From Macrostomum lignano (Eukaryota), in NCBI GenBank assembly GCA_002269645.1, contig NIVC01001412.1, positions 1-64,000 on the forward strand: a DNA stretch of 64,000 nt, given 5' to 3'. Made by a program: the position numbers and the translations under genes. How positions within the stretch are numbered: the first letter of the stretch is position 1; each line of letters opens with the position of its first letter. Shown here one piece after another: positions 62,011-64,000 of the stretch. The notes under the pieces were generated by a model. The model saw nothing but the letters and a program-made list of their open reading frames with translations, made no database searches and was not told where the DNA came from.

Positions 62011-64000
62011 GTGATGCGGAGTGCGGAGGTTTCGTGGACACCTCCCCGAATCAAAAAATCCATGCGCGTGAGGCAGATCCGTACGTCACAGGTCGAGTTG
62101 CGAGTCGAGAAGTCCCTTTCTTGCTTGACAGCGGCAGCCGGAAAAACTTTCTTGGTTCGTCAACCTGGGCCGCTATTAGACGTCGGATGCCTCGTTGTAT
62201 TATATCGCATGCTATTCCCGATTGCGTAACTATGTATGATGGGACGCAGCTCCCACTTGCTTGTAAGGTGACCATTCCGGTGGAGTTTGGAGATGTCATC
62301 GCGGACACCGAATTCCTCGTCACGGTCTCCGATTGTAAAAACTTGCTTGGCGTATCGTTTATGCGAGAGCACTGCCAGAACTTGGACTTCGCTCAAGGAG
62401 TGTTGAAGTTCAACAATGGCGCGTGCATCCCTGTTCGCTACTCGCGTCGTGAGCTTCAAACCTGCCGAATGTACACCTCCGAGAAGTGCACCCTGCCGCC
62501 TAGAAGTTCAGCGCTGCTTGCCGTCAGACTGGATGACGGCCACCCTGAGAATCGAGGATCGCCATCAATTGTCGAGCTGGTTAAGTCGAGGCTGCATCCC
62601 AGCTGCAACGCTCTGGAAGCAGCGCCTGCTCTGATGACAATGCTTGAAGGTCGCGGCTACATTGAGGTCGTCAACACCGCCGACAGCGAGGTGTTTCGGC
62701 AAGCCGGTATCCGTGTTGGTGTTTCGACGCCACTCTGAACTGCCGACTTGATGTACTTGAGCGAGACGCCAGAACCTGAAGTGCGACACCTCCCGAAGAA
62801 CTCTGAAGAGTCTAGCACGGCATGGCTAGATGAAGTCGAAATCAACAACGAATTGTCCAAAGAACAACATCAAAGAGTGCGAGATCTACTAGTCGAATGT
62901 CAAGTGGCCTTCTCCAAGCACCTGCTAGACGCTGGCCTGACTCATCTGGTGACCCACGAGATCATCCTGAAGGATCGGACACCGGAGTGGCGCTACCACC
63001 GCGCCGAATCCCGCCTCATCTGAAGGACAAACTCGACGCCCTGTTAGACGAGATGCTGGCGAAGCACATCATTCACCCTGCCTACTCGAGTTACAATTCG
63101 CCAATGCTCATCGTACCCAAGAAGGACGGCAACATCCGACTAGTCCACGACTTCAGAGCTCTCAACGACAGGTGTGTGTATCACTCGTATCTGCTGCCGC
63201 ACATCCAGGAAACCTTCGCGAAGCTTCGTGGTGCTCAGTGGTATTCCAGCTTTGACCTTGCTCAATGATTCTGGCAGATCCCGCTGCGCGACTGCGACCA
63301 GCACTTGACGGCATTCTCAGTGATCGATCGCGGCCAATTCTGTTTCAACGTTCTACCGATGGGTCTCCACGACAGTCCCGGCAGCTTTCAGCGTTGCATC
63401 AATAAGCTCCTGGACGGCCTGACGCCAAAGACTGCGCTTGGCTACATGGACGACATCGTGGTGCACTCAGTGACTTTCGAGGAACAGCTGGATAACTTGC
63501 GAACTGTACTCGTACTCCAGCGCATCATCGCAGCCAACCTCAAAGTGAAACCGAAGAAATGTCATTTGTTCCTCAAGGAGCTGCATTACCTAGGTCACGT
63601 CGTGACTCCCGACGGCCTGAAGACCTGTGAGGACAAGATTGCGCAGATCCGTGATTGGCCCGTGCCACAGTCCGTTACTCAACTGAGACGATTCCTAGGC
63701 CTCGCCAATTACTACCACAAGTTTTTCGACGGTTACGCTGGAGTGGCTGCGCCGCTGCATGCCCTGACGCGAAAGGACATTGGCAGCCTGCGGCAGCACT
63801 GGACTCCCGAGCATCAGCACGCGTTCGACACTCTGAAGAAGAAATTGTGTTCTACTGAAGTTCTCGCTCTGCCAGAGTTTAACTCGGATCCTGCTGTGAA
63901 GTTTGTCCTCGACACGGATGCCTCTGATATTCGAATAGGCGCTTGCCTTGGACAACTGCAATCCGACGGCGTCGAACGTCCAATTGCATTCTTTAGCCAC
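62011..64000 (+). pseudogene. pol: Gypsy pol (aspartic protease, spacer, reverse transcriptase, start of RNase H), disrupted
   Basis: FLLDSGS protease. TGA 62736. Frameshift near 62985. RT motifs VPKKDGNIRLVHDFRALN, FDLAQ*FWQI (TGA 63266), LPMGL.DSP..FQR, YMDD (63443-63454), YLGH, LRRFLGLANYY. RNase H DTDASD. Confidence 0.93.

Larger units (their letters stand above)
59853..64000 (+). mobile_element. Degenerate Ty3/Gypsy LTR retrotransposon, truncated by the window edge
   Basis: Putative 5' LTR with TATA box, PBS, gag with CCHC knuckle, then PR-RT-RNaseH order. At least 4 premature stops and a frameshift. Left boundary is a guess (TGTTAGG at 59853). Confidence 0.93.

Overview
Animal (invertebrate-type) genomic DNA. 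Roughly half the window is tandem repeat: a 661-bp satellite over the first 12 kb, then about 20 micro- and minisatellite arrays that fill introns and intergenic space. GC3-rich coding exons set among dense minisatellites resemble Macrostomum-type flatworm genomes, but that is inference only. Three genes can be assembled with splice sites and reading phase checked by hand. (1) A lipin phosphatidate phosphatase: + strand, 2 coding exons, 813 aa, intact DIDGT. (2) A divergent DEG/ENaC/ASIC-family channel: + strand, 2 exons, about 796 aa, GAS filter intact, HG motif absent. (3) CFAP77/DUF4483: - strand, 5 exons, 265 aa, never shown as one ORF in the track. A fourth, orphan minus-strand coding exon is built on a 7-aa (DTISK) repeat whose variants are mostly synonymous or conservative. 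A degenerate Ty3/Gypsy LTR retrotransposon (LTR, PBS, gag, PR-RT-RNaseH) starts about 1 kb upstream of CFAP77 and runs off the right edge. Most other ORFs in the track are repeat artefacts. Notable non-coding structure: a ~125-bp-arm inverted repeat between convergent genes; related minisatellites in inverted orientation flanking ENaC exon 2; four nearby arrays of different period sharing a TGTTAGA core; nested higher-order repeats; a canonical RFX X-box with no assigned gene; and a minisatellite seeded from a CFAP77 splice donor. No rRNA, tRNA or CRISPR array is supported.
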